A stretch of 64,000 nt of DNA from contig JAHLTZ010000006.1 of NCBI GenBank assembly GCA_025786725.1, positions 773,043-837,042 on the forward strand, written 5' to 3'. Below are positions 50,487-64,000 of the stretch, in pieces. Made by a program: the position numbers and the translations under genes. A model generated the notes under the pieces. The model made no database searches and had not been told where the DNA came from. It saw only the letters and a program-made list of their open reading frames with translations. Each line of letters begins with the position of its first letter. Positions within the stretch are counted from its first letter, which is position 1. This stretch comes from Syncephalis fuscata S228 (Eukaryota > Fungi > Zoopagomycota).

Positions 50487-52769
50487 TTATAGGTCCTCGT
50501 CATCATCTGATACTAGTTCTAAAATAGTCATTAGTAAAATGTTTGTATATTTATGTTGTTTATATTTATTCATTTATTCAGATAACTTACCCTCATCGCT
50601 GCCATTATCATCTTGTGTTTTGCTAAAGTATTCACCGAAATCGTATGCTTCTTCATCCATTACCTCGTCGTCCATGGCCATGGAAGCTTCGTCATCACCA
50701 GGCAACGAGGCCAGCAAAGCAGCCGATCGAGCAGCTTGTTTGCGTTGCTTCTTCGTTTGTTTCTTCAAAGCCAAATTACTTTGTGGGTTGATGCTTGCTT
50801 CAAAACCAGCAAGTGCCGGTGCAGCAGTTGCTGTCTTTTCTGCCTTGGCCGCCTTCTTAGCAATAACCTAAATGGCAACAAAATATAAGTAATTTAAAAA
50901 ACAGCTATTTTTAACATACATTATTACGAATCATGATAGCAGGTTCATTTGTATTTTCATCGTCACTATCTTCCATAGCATCATCTGTGTCAAGTTCGTC
51001 ATCGTCATCGTCATCCATATCGTCATCGTCATCTTCATCACTGTATTCGTTTAATGCTATTAATAATCAAATAAATAAACAAACACATTAGCTATTTACC
51101 TGGCATGAATCCAATCAATATCGTCATTGGCTTCAGTCAATTCAGTGGCAGCCTATAGTAGTCGATAGTTAGTGGTATGTGGTAACATGGCGGCCCACTA
51201 CTTACCATTGCAATACCAGCACCAGTGCCAGACTTGGTGGCAGCCAATATAGATTGATCCGATTCACCAGCAATTGTGCCAAAGTCAAATTCTTTACCCC
51301 AAGTAGCAACCAATTCACTACGCTGTATATGTTGTGTGGCAGGCGGCAGTGTGTAGAATGGAATCTTGCCATTGTTCCAATCTTGAAGTACAGAACGAGC
51401 AGCAGACTCTAGATCTGCCACGCCACCCTTCTTTAATTTACCGCGTTGTTGTGCTAATAGCACAAGGAATTCTTGTGTGGATTGGAACACAGGCAATCCA
51501 TATAACATCATTAATTGTTGACGGTCACATCGAGAAATGACAGTTTCAACAGGTGAAATTGGATCATCCAACAGTTCAAGCTTTACACAGTTACGCAACA
51601 ATGTCTCAATACTATCTTTAGATGGATTTCGAGAAAATACAATTCCCGGACAGTCAATCAACTTGATATTCTTGTCAAGATGGATTTCTTGTAGCGATTT
51701 TGTTACACCTGGTGTGGCACCCACAGTACAAACACGGGCACGTCGTAACGAGTTAATTACTGATGATTTGCCGACATTTGGAAAGCCAATAACACCGACA
51801 GTAATGCTTGTTTTCAAATTGGCATTTCGGCTATAATTCTTCAATAATTTAACCAAATTATCAGCACCCAAGCTTTCGCTACGGTTCAATGCATTATCAT
51901 TGGCCATATGAACTGCAACGTTGCTTTGGCCAAGATGTTGTCGCTGTGATTGTGTTGATGCCTTAAAGGCAATAGTTGGGAATTCGTTACGTAGATACTT
52001 GAGCCATTGCTCTACCGTTTCACGTGGTACTAAATCTAATAATAAAGCCAATCGATTAATTAATAAATAGTGGTATATCTAGATTTACTTACCAATTTTG
52101 TTGAGTACCAAAATGATACGCTTACGAGTGCCGCTGTCCATAATGTACTGCTCTACATGCTTGGCTCGACAACCCAATGGATCGCGTGCATCCAATACTT
52201 CAAGAATTACATCGGCTGCCTCTACTACTTTACGGAATTCACGATAATAGGCACGGCGTGAGTTATCCTTTGTAGTTATTGCCGACTCTTGCAAGTCGCG
52301 AACACCATTAAGCCCAGCCTCGTCATTTTCACCGACAAATGCCTTTCCACGCTGTGCCGCCGATTTAGCCAAAGCTTGCAATGAGTTGCCTTGTTGCTTT
52401 TGTTGTAGACGCAACTTCTTAGCACGTGTCTTGTCTTTCTCGGCCTAAGTATTTATTATAGCGTTGTTAGTGTTAAGTAAATGACCCAGTCTTTTTTTTA
52501 CTTACTTGACGTTTAGTTTCTTCAATCTGGCTTAATAACTTCTCTTTATATGGCCATAGGTTGGGAATTCCCGGGTCCTTCTTAATCTTCTTTCCTCCGT
52601 TGCCACTCTTCTTGGCTTCTTTACGCTGCTTGCGCTGAGCGTCACGGACTCGTTTCTCGATTTTGTATTTCTGTGAGCATGAAACACGCTTACTCTGACG
52701 CTCTAAAGTGTACTAGTTAATAACGATAAGCATAATAAAATGCCATAGACACATACTTTTAGGAACCAT
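50487..52769 (-). CDS. NUG1: Nucleolar circularly permuted GTPase Nug1/GNL3 (nucleostemin)
   Basis: N-terminal KYKIEKRV...[59 protein letters not shown]. Confidence 0.96.
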
Positions 52770-53048
52770 AGCTACCGGCAATATAGTCTACCAAGCAATT
52801 GACCAATAACAAGGATCTGAAGGAAAGGTGACAACAACTGTGACCAACAAAAAAATGAAAAAAAATAAAATCTACCAATTTAAATTCAAATAAAATTCGG
52901 TCAAACCGAACTCGGCCGACATTAAAGCATGCATGAGCCACATGATGCAAGCTAACTTGTATTCCACCTCTTTAACCTTTTGTTCATCTTCCGCTATACT
53001 TATTTGTTTGTCAGTACACTTTGTTTATTATAATAGTACAATATTATA

Positions 53049-53273
53049 ATGAAATTTGCTATTTCCGTGCTCTGTGCTACTACTGTGGCTTTTATGGCCA
53101 GCGTAGTGACTGTAGACGCCAGAAGAGCTATGACTCGTCGTGATCACAACAGTATGATGTATGATATCTATGCGCAGAAGCCTTGGATACCAGTGAATAG
53201 ACCACCACCATCAACCCCATTAATACCACCACGACGATTGATAACACAATTTGGCGAAGGAATGGGCTATTAA
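53049..53273 (+). CDS. Small secreted peptide precursor (74 aa) with RR sites and Pro-rich core
   Basis: Signal peptide MKFAISVLCATTVAFMASVVTVDA, then RR-AMT-RR-DHN...PP-RR-LITQFGEGMGY. Confidence 0.68.
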   Translation: MKFAISVLCATTVAFMASVVTVDARRAMTRRDHNSMMYDIYAQKPWIPVNRPPPSTPLIPPRRLITQFGEGMGY

Positions 53274-53601
53274 TAAGCCATTAGATACTTGACTGGCTAC
53301 TGTTTAATTCCATTCAATTGTATATACAACACACAAACTCAGCTGTATATTTGAGCTATGTTGAGACACTGTTATTTAATCATACAGCCGCTATGACATC
53401 ACTTTGCTGCTGGCTAATTTCTTTTATTCGAGCTCGTATACATATAAATATAACACCCTTTTCTATTATTAATCATTTTATTTTGATAAATTGCTTATAA
53501 ATTATTTTACCATATTTACATAGCTAACGTATTTAAAAACATTGCTCTTATAGCAAAGTGCTATTTTATCTGTATTTTTCTATCCTCTACAGTTCTTTAC
53601 C

Positions 53602-54303
53602 ATGTGCTACAATCGTGTGACCATTTCAACGCTAAAGAGTGGTTTGCCGACCAACAAGACGACAAACAGCGTGTGCATTCGTGATGGTTGCAACTTTCCT
53701 TGCTACAAAGAAAAGCAGCATGGTCTTACTTACGCATACTGTAGTCACCGATGTGGCAAAATAGACGTGTCGTCTAAAGATCAATTTATTCTAACTTCCA
53801 TAACTGAAAACGATGTTGACTTCCACCAAGTCTGCTCTCAGCTAGAAAAAGAGATTAAAAACGTAAAGAATGGCAAGGCAGTTGTTTTTCGTATCTCGGT
53901 GTCTGCCAGTGCGCTACAAGAGTATCACCAGTATTTAGAGTCTTACGATTACACATCTTGCCGCAAAATTGTTCGGGTTGATAAGCGCTGTTATAAATCA
54001 GGAAAAAATATGATTTTTTTCAGAAAGTTGTTCATTGATATCAAAAAAAGTATATCTATATAACAATTTATATACTTTTTATTAAATTTGAATTCATAGT
54101 GTCGTTGCAACTTTTATCAAGCGATATCCAGTCTAATCCGGTAGATAAATGGCATACGGCTGTAGTATGTAACACATCATTACAGCAAATGAAAAGTCAT
54201 GCCCTGACTATGGTAAGCTGCCTTATTAGGCTCTATTAAATAGCTTATATATCTGTATGTGCTATAGATATTGCCACGATTTCTCGTATACTATCACAAG
54301 TAA
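53602..54303 (+). CDS. Cys-motif plus degenerate PARP/ADP-ribosyltransferase-like protein (198 aa, 3 exons)
   Basis: Introns 54050-54099 and 54213-54267 give an open frame. Contains C-x3-GC-x2-P...YCSHRC, DFHQVCSQL...VFRI...YHQYL and a terminal ILPRFLVYY strand. Confidence 0.55.
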
Positions 54304-54588
54304 TCACATATCAGATGATAGATCATTGCATTAGCATTATTATTGCAGATTTATTACTTAGTTGCATAACAACACTCGAATAAACATTTGCTTATTCAAT
54401 TTATAATACTCGAATGTTTTAATTGCCCAGCCTTTAATCTTACTAGGATGGTAAGATCATTATCAGATATCGTTCATCTGTTTACGATGATCTAAAATTA
54501 TCTGTCACTATCAGTAACATAAACTCCATAAACTGACCAAATTATTTGTGTTTTTATTTCATACTTTTTTCCTTCTACTTGCTCGACC

Positions 54589-56233
54589 ATGTTGGCCAAT
54601 CGAGCCTTAAAAATTGCTGCAATTCGCAGTCAATGCGTACGGTCGGTAAGTATAGCATAGCAGATATTTGCAATAATAGTAAGCAAGTATTAAAAGAAAC
54701 ATGCTTTTTTGTAGGTAGCTGTTACTCGACGTGCTCTAGCATCGGCAAGTACTTCAAACACGTCACACGCGGTAAGTTGCCTGCACTGCATAGAATATAA
54801 GCAATAAATCTAACACAGCTAGGACGGCATGCAATCTATAGGCTACAACGACACCTGCACCTAAATCTACAACAGCCGTTCCCAAGAACCTACAAAGCCA
54901 CACGAAATACCTTCTCAATGTGTATGCACGTCCTTCTTTCGTTGTCAACCGCGGCGAACGCTGCTACCTTTACGAAGATACTGGCAGACGTTACCTTGAC
55001 TTTACGGCCGGTATTGCCGTCAATGCACTTGGTCATGCCGATCCACAAGTAGCAGCCGTTGCTGCTGAGCAAGCTCGCGAGCTTGTACACACTTCTAACC
55101 TATACCATCACCCCTACTCTGGCGAGTTTGCCGAGTTGTTGATCGAATCTAGCAATGCAGTGCGTTCTGGTACTTTTAGTAAAGTATTCTTCTCCAATAG
55201 CGGCACAGAGGCCAACGAAGCGGCCTTTAAACTGGCCCGCAAGTGGGGCAAATTGCACAAGAACAAATCGGGCGATAAAGGCAAGACGGGCATTGTAGCA
55301 TTTACCGGCGCATTCCACGGACGGTCCATGGGTGCATTAAGTGCCACGGCTACTGAAAAGTACAGAGCGCCATTTGCACCGCTAGTGCCTAATTTCAGTT
55401 TTGCTCCTTTCGATGAAATCAACGCTATTGCCAAATATGTTACAGAGGATACCTGTGCGGTGATTGTAGAACCGATGCAAGGTGAAGGTGGTATTAACAT
55501 TGCCAGTGAACCATTCTTGCGTGCACTACGACAACGTTGTGATGAAGTAAATGCGCTATTAATCTATGATGAGATTCAGGTAATTAAGTAATTAATTAAT
55601 TAATCATGTTAATTAACTAGTTGTTATGTTTACAGTGCGGTATGGGCCGAACTGGAAAACTATGGGCACATCATCATTATTCAGCCGATTGTATACCAGA
55701 TCTACTGACTGCAGCCAAACCATTGGCTAATGGATTTCCTATTGGTGCTTTGTTAGCATCCGAACGTGCTTCCACTGTATTTGGCACTGGTAAGCTAAAC
55801 CTGACAGTTAAAACTGGCAATTATCTAATACCTGATATAAGGCGACCATGGCACCACATTTGGTGGATCTCCCTTTGCCACTCGTGTAGGTCTTCATGTT
55901 GTACAGCGTATTAATAATCCCGCCTTCCTTGAATCGGTAAAGCGTAATGGCGATATGTTAAGGAAGCAACTAGAAGAGGTATGTGTTGCCTTCCCAGAAC
56001 ATGTAGCAGAAGTTCGTGGTGTTGGTCTATTAATCGGCGTTGAGTTCCGTGAACCACCAACACGATTCATTCAGCTATGCCAAGATCGTAATCTTCTTTT
56101 GGTTGGCGCTGGACGCCAAACAGTGCGTGTAGTCCCTCCATTGATCGTTAACGAGCAAGAGATCAATGAAGCAGTGGCTATATGGCACGATGCACTAAAA
56201 GCACTAGAGGCTGAGCAGGAAGCGCAGTCTTAA
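54589..56233 (+). CDS. ARG8: Acetylornithine aminotransferase, mitochondrial
   Basis: YLDFTAGIAVNALGH, NSGTEANEAA, FHGRSMGALS, VEPMQGEGG, DEIQ|CGMGRTG, PLP lysine AKPLANGFPIG, HGTTFGGSP. Arg/Ser-rich presequence. Confidence 0.96.
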
Positions 56234-56907
56234 TAACAACAATAATAATAATGCCATTGTTGTTTGTTGGTTAATCTTATATTTATAATAAATATAGCTA
56301 TTTCAACATTACATATTTACATCCACGCTGAGTAATTAAAATGGTAAATAAAATCTACTTGGTTTAATTTGTGATTACACAATCTGACACTCAAATAAAT
56401 GGTACACACCAAATAAACAATAAAGACCTTAAAGCCACATTATAAACCAAAACACCTATTTATGTGTATGATGAAACGAAAATACTTGTTTTCAATAATT
56501 TCAAAGCATGAGTGTTTTGGTTTAGTTCAAGGCGTGTATGTGAAGACGACATTTAGCAATTAGATATGCACTACTATCGCGAATTATTGTGAACAAAGCT
56601 GGTATGTCATTGTTGCTAGTGTATCTCCTTATAAAGAAAAAACATTGCTTGCTGTTAGCATAGCATACTAGTTACTGGTTACTGGGTGGCGGTCACAAAA
56701 CAATAAGACTTAGTCAGATTATGGCATGTTTACTGTTAAACAGGTTTATTTCTATTAATGCATTCCAGTGCATGAAACGGTTCATAGGCCTTTATAATGT
56801 CATAGTAATTATTCATTTCGGCTGTTAGCAAGTCTAACTTCCTACAATCCTTACTTCTGCATTCTATTATAATATTTACAACTTTTATTTAGTTGACTGT
56901 AATAACG

Positions 56908-57889
56908 ATGCCGGCCATCGATTATCGTAGCATCCAAGAAACAGAGTGGATTAAAAATGCCACTTATTTCTGGGGTATTCCACTAAATCCTCGCGGTGAA
57001 ATAATTCTAGAAGAGCTCTATAATAAAACTTTTAATGATTTAGAGCAAGAGCGTATTCAATTGAGCAACATACTAAACTATTGCATACTTTCGACAATAA
57101 TTTCTTATTTGTTTATGCGCAATTTTATTGTATCCGCTAAAGCAGTTATAATGTACCGTCGGCTTCTTGCCCCGTGGTGCTGTCTTATTGCAGCATTACC
57201 AAGCATGGCTTTTCCATTGCAAAATGTTCTATTTTTATTTGAAATACGAGTTTCTTGTCGAACAACTGTCTGGTATGGCTGGTTTTCCATATCTACTGCC
57301 CAATTCTTCTACAGCATCATTTTACTTCAAAAAGCATACTTGATAGTATCTCGAAGAAAATGGATATTATATACTGGTATTCCGCTTATACTTCCACGGC
57401 TAAGCTTTGGTTTTGTCATAATGTTTTCGTCATTTGCTACTATGGACGACACTGGAGCTTGTAACATATATTACGATTTATTTATACCGTATTATTGGTT
57501 TGGGGCTACTGTAACCATCAATATGATACTCTTTTTTATATTCTGCAATGCAGCCTATAAGCAATATCGCAAGTTTGGCTCACGTGCATGGAAAAAACTG
57601 GCCCGTGACGGCATCCAAGCAATGACTATGGTTATAGTCTGCAACATTACCTGCTGCCTTTTAGTAATATTCCAAGTAAACGACGATAGGTGTGATATGT
57701 TTTTTTGGCTGGACTGGTAAGTATCGATAATTTCAACGTGTGTTTTTAACCAACTAATGCATTCACAGGGCAATTACCGCAACACTGCTAGTTAACCATT
57801 GTCGAAATATAAAAGAAGCAAAAAAAGTTTCAAATAGGCCAATAACTCGGTATATATTAAATCTATCACAAATTAAGACAGCAAAGTAA
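56908..57889 (+). CDS. Orphan seven-transmembrane, GPCR-like protein (309 aa, 2 exons)
   Basis: Seven hydrophobic segments after splicing intron 57717-57768. Cys at the start of TM3 (SCRTT) and in the TM4-TM5 loop (GAC); basic loop KQYRKFGSRAWKKLARDG. Confidence 0.7.
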
Positions 57890-58113
57890 AACGGCAGGCT
57901 GTACTTCAAAGTATAGATGCATTTCAAACTGTAGCATGCCTGTTAATTAGTGCCATAGTGACTAAACAGTCATAATAGCAACTTTGTATTAATAAAATGT
58001 TGGCCATTCACGCATATTAATAAAATGATATTAAACTTTATTATTATAAATATGCTATCAACACACAAATCTGGTGCTCAACTACAGCTTTCCTACTTTC
58101 ATTCTTTATAGCA

Positions 58114-60102
58114 ATGCTGCTTTATTTAATAGCTTCGGCCGGTATTCTGCTACCTGTGCTGGTCCTGGCAGGCCTCATCGCGCTACGCACCTATTTAGTA
58201 CGCGATCGAGACAAACATCGACAAGCTATTCTTCAGCAAGTGCAAGTCCCTGACAACTGCTCACCGCTTATTGTTGGCTTCTTTCATCCCTACTGGTAAG
58301 TAAATGCAATCATACTACTTAGACCCACCTCAATAGTTGCTATGGCTAAATGATTCAATGTAGTAATGCTGGAGGCGGAGGCGAGCGTGTTCTATGGACG
58401 GCGATAGAAGCATTACTGCGACAGCATCCACATGTGGTCTGTGCTTTGTATACAGGCGATGTAGAAGTATCCAAGCAAGACATGTTGGAAAAGGCAAAGG
58501 TAATAAGAGGTTAGCCATCGTATTTAAATAGCTCTAACCATCAAAAATTAGAGCCGCTTTGATATTTCATTGCCCAGTGAACGTTTGGTCATATTGCATC
58601 TTTATGAACGGGTCTGGGTAGAAGATAAACGGTAGGTAGATTGGTACCCATCCACTACAACTTAACTATATGTAAATCAGATATCCGCGATTCACACTAT
58701 TGGGTCAAAGTGTTGGGTCTATGTTGCTTGGGTGGGAAGCGTTACGCCTTTTAATACCGGATATCTTTCTTGGTAAGCAATCGTAATACAATTTGATTTT
58801 TACTAAATCATATTAGATTCCATGGGCTATGCTTTTACTTTTCCACTTGTTAAACTGGCTGGTCGTTGTAAGATTGCTGCTTACGTTCACTATCCTACCA
58901 TTAGGTAACGAATACAAACTTATATGTATATATAGCAATGCTGATTTAACACGACTTCAACCTATACAGCACGGATATGATCAAGAAAGTGAGCGAACGT
59001 ACACAGGATTTCAACAATACCGCCAATGTGGCGGGTAGTGCTGCGCTATCTTCAGGAAAACTGCTGTAATTGTGCTGGAAATAACATAATTGGATATTGG
59101 CTAACTATTGCGGACTAGATACTATCAAACATTTGCCATGATATACGGATGGGTAGGCGCATTGGCTGATGTAGTAATGGTGAATTCTTCATGGACCAAA
59201 GGTCATATTGAATATATTTGGGGTCGACCAGCACAGACGGTTTATCCACCTTGCGACACTAGTGCATTAGGCAAGATTGAATTAGCAGGACGTCATAGAT
59301 CTATTTTATCTATTGGTCAATTTCGGTAAGTTACTATTAATGGTAACAATAATGCGTAATGACCATTTATTCTATAAATATGCACAGACCAGAAAAGAAC
59401 CACGCTTTGCAAGTGCGATCGTTTAAAAAGCTATTAGCACTAGATCCCTCGCTGAAAGATGGATCACAGCCTGCTCGTCTAGTGATGCTTGGTAGTTCTC
59501 GACATGCAGAAGACACGGATCGTATCAACAAATTAAAACAACTGACTCAACAGCTAAACATCGAGGTATTGTATTATAAATTTTACCTCTGCTCAGAGTT
59601 ACTTAAATGCACATGAATACTAGGACAATGTGGAGTTTGTCATCAATGCTTCATATGATGAACTGCTAGCTCGATTGGCCAATGCAACAATAGGTATACA
59701 TACCATGTGGAATGAGCATTTTGGAATTGGCGTTGTAGAATATATGGTGAGTGTTTGAGTGGTATCGAGTATTCAATACTAAATAGATATGCAATAGGCT
59801 GCTGGTCTAGTTCCTATTGCTCATGACTCGGCCGGTCCACGGATGGATATTGTAGTGCAACATCAAGGAAGTCGCACTGGTTTGTATTGGTTAAGCGACG
59901 CTAAACAACGATGCTAACACTAAAACTAGGCTATCTGGCCCAAGATGAAGAAGGCTTTGCCCAAGCCATGTTAACTGTTCTTCATATGCCTGAGGTGGAG
60001 CGATTGAAAATACAGCAGAATGCTCGTGATGCTTCTCAGCGTTTTAGTGCTGAATCCTTTTGTAAGGAATTTTTGGCTGCACTTGATCCGCTACTAGTTT
60101 AA
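58114..60102 (+). CDS. ALG11: GDP-Man:Man3GlcNAc2-PP-Dol alpha-1,2-mannosyltransferase
   Basis: [75 protein letters not shown]; N-terminal TM anchor. Confidence 0.97.
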
Positions 60103-63100
60103 CAATAACTTCATAACAATTGAAAATGCATTTTCAGTATAAAAACTATTCAATATAATGATACTAGCCACGCTTAGTAGCTTAACCATCCAAAACATTC
60201 CTTGTAAAAATGTCATAAAAAGTATCAATTGTTATAGTCAATCAATTATCCAATTAGCAGAACTTGATGATTATAAATAGCTATAAACTATTGCAAATAT
60301 CTAGTATATCTATTATCGTCGCCTATTATTTTGCTCTAGTTTTATTATTACTAAAGTTCACATAATCTTGTTCTATCATATAATAAACCATGCGCTACTC
60401 AAAATTGTTGTTTATTTGGCACTAGTTTTATTGGTTGTAAAGCTCAGCTTATTTCTTTCTTATTTTTCGTTGATCCATATAAACTACAGCGTTTACTTTA
60501 CTGTTCATACACTTTAGTTTGTCTACTCGTCTTATTGCATAGTTCTTTATTCTTTAGTAAACGTGCGTTATTCATTGCAGCTATCCGTTTGTTAATAGCT
60601 TTGCCAGTTGTAAAACTCCTTAACTGCTATTCATCTTTCTACTTTCATTCAATCCACTCAGTATAGCTTTCTTCTATGCCATTAATATTTGTAAATAGCA
60701 ATCTACAATTGTTTAAAGGCCACATAGTCTTTTATAGTATAAAATATACTTGTTGATCAAAATATGTCTTTTTTATTACGCCGTCTGCTATTGCATACGC
60801 TGCTACAAGTTTTTAAACTGCGTATATTCTGGTAGATCCGCGTTTTGTTTATTTTGAAATAAGGAGGAGGATCCAGCCGACAACTTTTGCTATTAATTAA
60901 TTTATATTGTCAGTTTATTTATGGCGTGGTATGTTGATAACGGTTAAATCAACGACCACTTCTATACAATACACGACAACAATCAATATAATTTGTATAT
61001 CAGTGCTGGAAAGATTGCATTTATGACTGAGAGATATTGAATTTGATTTAACGCTATTAAATACAGCTGACCAGTGTAAGAACTTTGCTTCAGCAATATC
61101 GGTTGATATTAGTTCAAATACGCGGCGACAACATCATTGAAAATCTGTATTGCCTCCGAGAAAAATGAAGTCATAATATTAGTGGATACATACAAGGCAG
61201 TCAATCTATTGTGTATAGATTTATTACAAGTAGATGCCATTATATTTACTGATACAGAAATACGCACATTTAGTAATGTAATAATATAGAATAAACCGCT
61301 AATCAGAATTAAAGCACATTGAATACTAGATATTTTGTATATATTCATTGATGGCTGGTGCTATTACAGTCAAGGATACACGCGAAAAATGCTAACTACC
61401 TTGCAGCTACTATTTTATTTAATTTCCATTTATCTAACACTGATCCACGGAGTGACACTTATTTAGCATCATCAGCAGTATTTGCAGTAGTGCTGAATGA
61501 ATTTGTCATTTTATTTCATTATTGATTAACATCACATGTACACACCGTATTACGTTGTATTTATTAAATAGTTGACTATGTTACTCTTTTGTTTAACGTA
61601 ATCAATCATGTATTATCGACAATATAACTGATAGATTTGCACTGCTTATTGACAACTTACAACTGGGAATTGATAGTATCGATGAACTGCTGTTGATTCA
61701 TAAGTAAACAGAGTAAAGTAATATGCTCCGTTGAATTAAACATATTTAAAGATAATAATAAAATTGACACAGATTCTTAATACCAAAGCCGATATGCTAT
61801 GTGGATTGATTAAACGGTGTGATAAATGGGTTGCCAGTGAAATTAGAGCATATTTTGGTAATAGTCAAGACATGTATGAGTATATTTAGTATATAGATAC
61901 AATAGCAATGCTATGGCATAAATATTTGATTAATATATTACAGGCTATGGAGCATTACGGAAAGACTATTGTGCATGTATATAGCAACTATTTTGGTATA
62001 GATTATATTGAGTTAATACGGCTATTTAAGGTTTCCAACGATGCTATGACAAAACTAGTAGTTTTGGTACTATTCTAATGCCAATGAACATTATTACAGA
62101 AAAGTATATATGAATATGTATTGGCTATTGGTCTATAATATTTGTCTGCCGACTTATAAATTATAACTATGAACGTGTCTGTTAAAGATGTAAATAAATT
62201 TTGTGGTTTTTTGCAACCATTATTGATATGTCATTTATTGGAGTTATTTTGTACATGTATCTATGACGCAATAAACCTATTTAATTCTGATGTAAACTAA
62301 ACCTTTATGTATGTAGTTTGTCTTTTGAAATTACCATAATCATTTGGCTATTGATTTATTTTAGTAAAGCTATTGAGGCATGTGTTCTGTGTGACTAGCA
62401 GCATTGCAACAATGCTGGTTAGCTAGTAGGCGTAATAGTGTAAACTACCATACAATCAGTCCTAAATATACCCCTAGTTATACGTCAACATGCATAGTGT
62501 ATATTGGTATTGCTGATATACTGTTGGCTTATAATAACAACAAGCAATTGTCAAACTGGTTAAACACATGGCATCAATATAACTGGCTAAGTTATAATAG
62601 ATGTTGCTATTGCTATACAATTACCGATGGCTAATAATAAATGCAATAATATTACTATCATTAACTAACGCAGTATACATCTACTGGTTGCAGCTAGTGT
62701 ATGCCATAATACTTTGGCTGTTTATTTCAATGCGTTAGCATGTTTATTCGGCATTATGACTAATAAACACATTGTATACGGATGTAGTTAGTGTCAATAA
62801 TGGGCACAATATGTAAACAGCTGTGTTCTTGATATGTATAATTGTATGGTGTATATAAATAGAAATCAACAATTAAACAATTGTCAATGATTAGCAGTGA
62901 ACACAAAAACATTAAACTACTGTTGTCATCAACATATAAGCAGACGTATTAGTTGGCAATAACACCATTTTAATATTACTCATGACTGTTATCAAGTCTA
63001 TAATACTTAATTGACAATGCTATACTACTAATAACGATAAAAATAGCAGAAACTCATAGCAAAACTATTATTGACATATGACCGAATAACCATTAGTTAT

Positions 63101-64000
63101 AGCGCTAGTATATATAGCTAGTTAAGTATTAGTATTCCGCACTGATTACTGATGGTTTGATTAGGCAGTATTTACAAATGCTGTTGACTAGTTGTATTAA
63201 CCGATTGGTCATAACCAATATGCTGCTATGTCAGTGTTTTATTAAGTAAATATGCTAGCAATAGCGGATTAGCACCAACATATCAGCAATATTTTATAAC
63301 TCGATAGCCATCATTATATTAGCCAGATGTCTATTAATCAAATGAAATACAGTATTGATAACAGTTAGTTATACGTTAATGAACATGTAACATCGCTATT
63401 AGCTAATTATTTGATTGTATTTACGCTATCTATTTATTGTGCATCACTAGTCATTAATGTACAGTTAGTGTTAAATATGCTGCGTAAATCATTGGCATGA
63501 TATAGCCACTGATATTAATAGTCAGCAAGTGCTATTTATACAACTTAATGCCACTATAAGGTAATGATATGTATTACAGTGTAACAACTAAGAGTTAGAA
63601 AAATGCCATTTGTATTGACAACGGCAATGGTATAATTTGTTTAATAAAATATTTTAACCAAAGCTATTGTTTATACATTATTAGTTACCAACATAAGCAT
63701 GAATATTACTATTGATTGTTGAAAATAGTATGCCAGTTATTACTAAATAGTTAGCAACCGAAATGATGCAGCTATTAGTGGTATTGGCCAATCTGCAACA
63801 TACCTACAGATAACATGAGCACTTGGTGTATACTTACCGCTAGCTATCAATCAGCCTACTGCCGTCATAAATTAGCATAAATGTCTACTTGTTTAGTAAG
63901 TGGCATCATGACATGCATTGCTACCAACCGATGACTGTTCACGAGATTTGATGTTGTACAACAGCAATGATATGACGTGCGCTCCAATGGTTAGTAATAT

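Overview
Eukaryotic, AT-rich fungal nuclear DNA with many short (about 45-80 nt) spliceosomal introns (GT-AG, a few GC-AG, CTAAC/CTAAT branch points), so the ORF track shows only exon fragments. I rebuilt gene models by hand from splice sites. Intron style and gene content suggest an early-diverging fungus, possibly a Zoopagomycota mycoparasite such as Syncephalis (inference only). Conserved genes: DNA polymerase kappa, RRP8, PTC7, an MscS-like channel, a SulP anion transporter, NUG1, ARG8, ALG11, a stand-alone ABC ATPase, a Kar9-like/GAS2 protein, two paralogous LaeA/TAM-like methyltransferases, and an MT-A70 protein resembling MTA9 of the ApT DNA 6mA methyltransferase complex. Interspersed lineage-specific genes: a tandem pair of signal-peptide proteins with a degenerate protein-kinase fold and identical intron architecture (best candidate for a novel system: secreted pseudokinase effectors), two tiny secreted peptides, a minimised PARP-like protein and an orphan 7TM receptor. 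A probably pseudogenised FHA-like kinase lies between two near-identical ~320 bp direct repeats. About 17 apparent frameshifts across six genes can all be repaired by adding one base to a run, most likely long-read consensus errors. I recognised no rRNA, tRNA, CRISPR array or intact transposon ORF.
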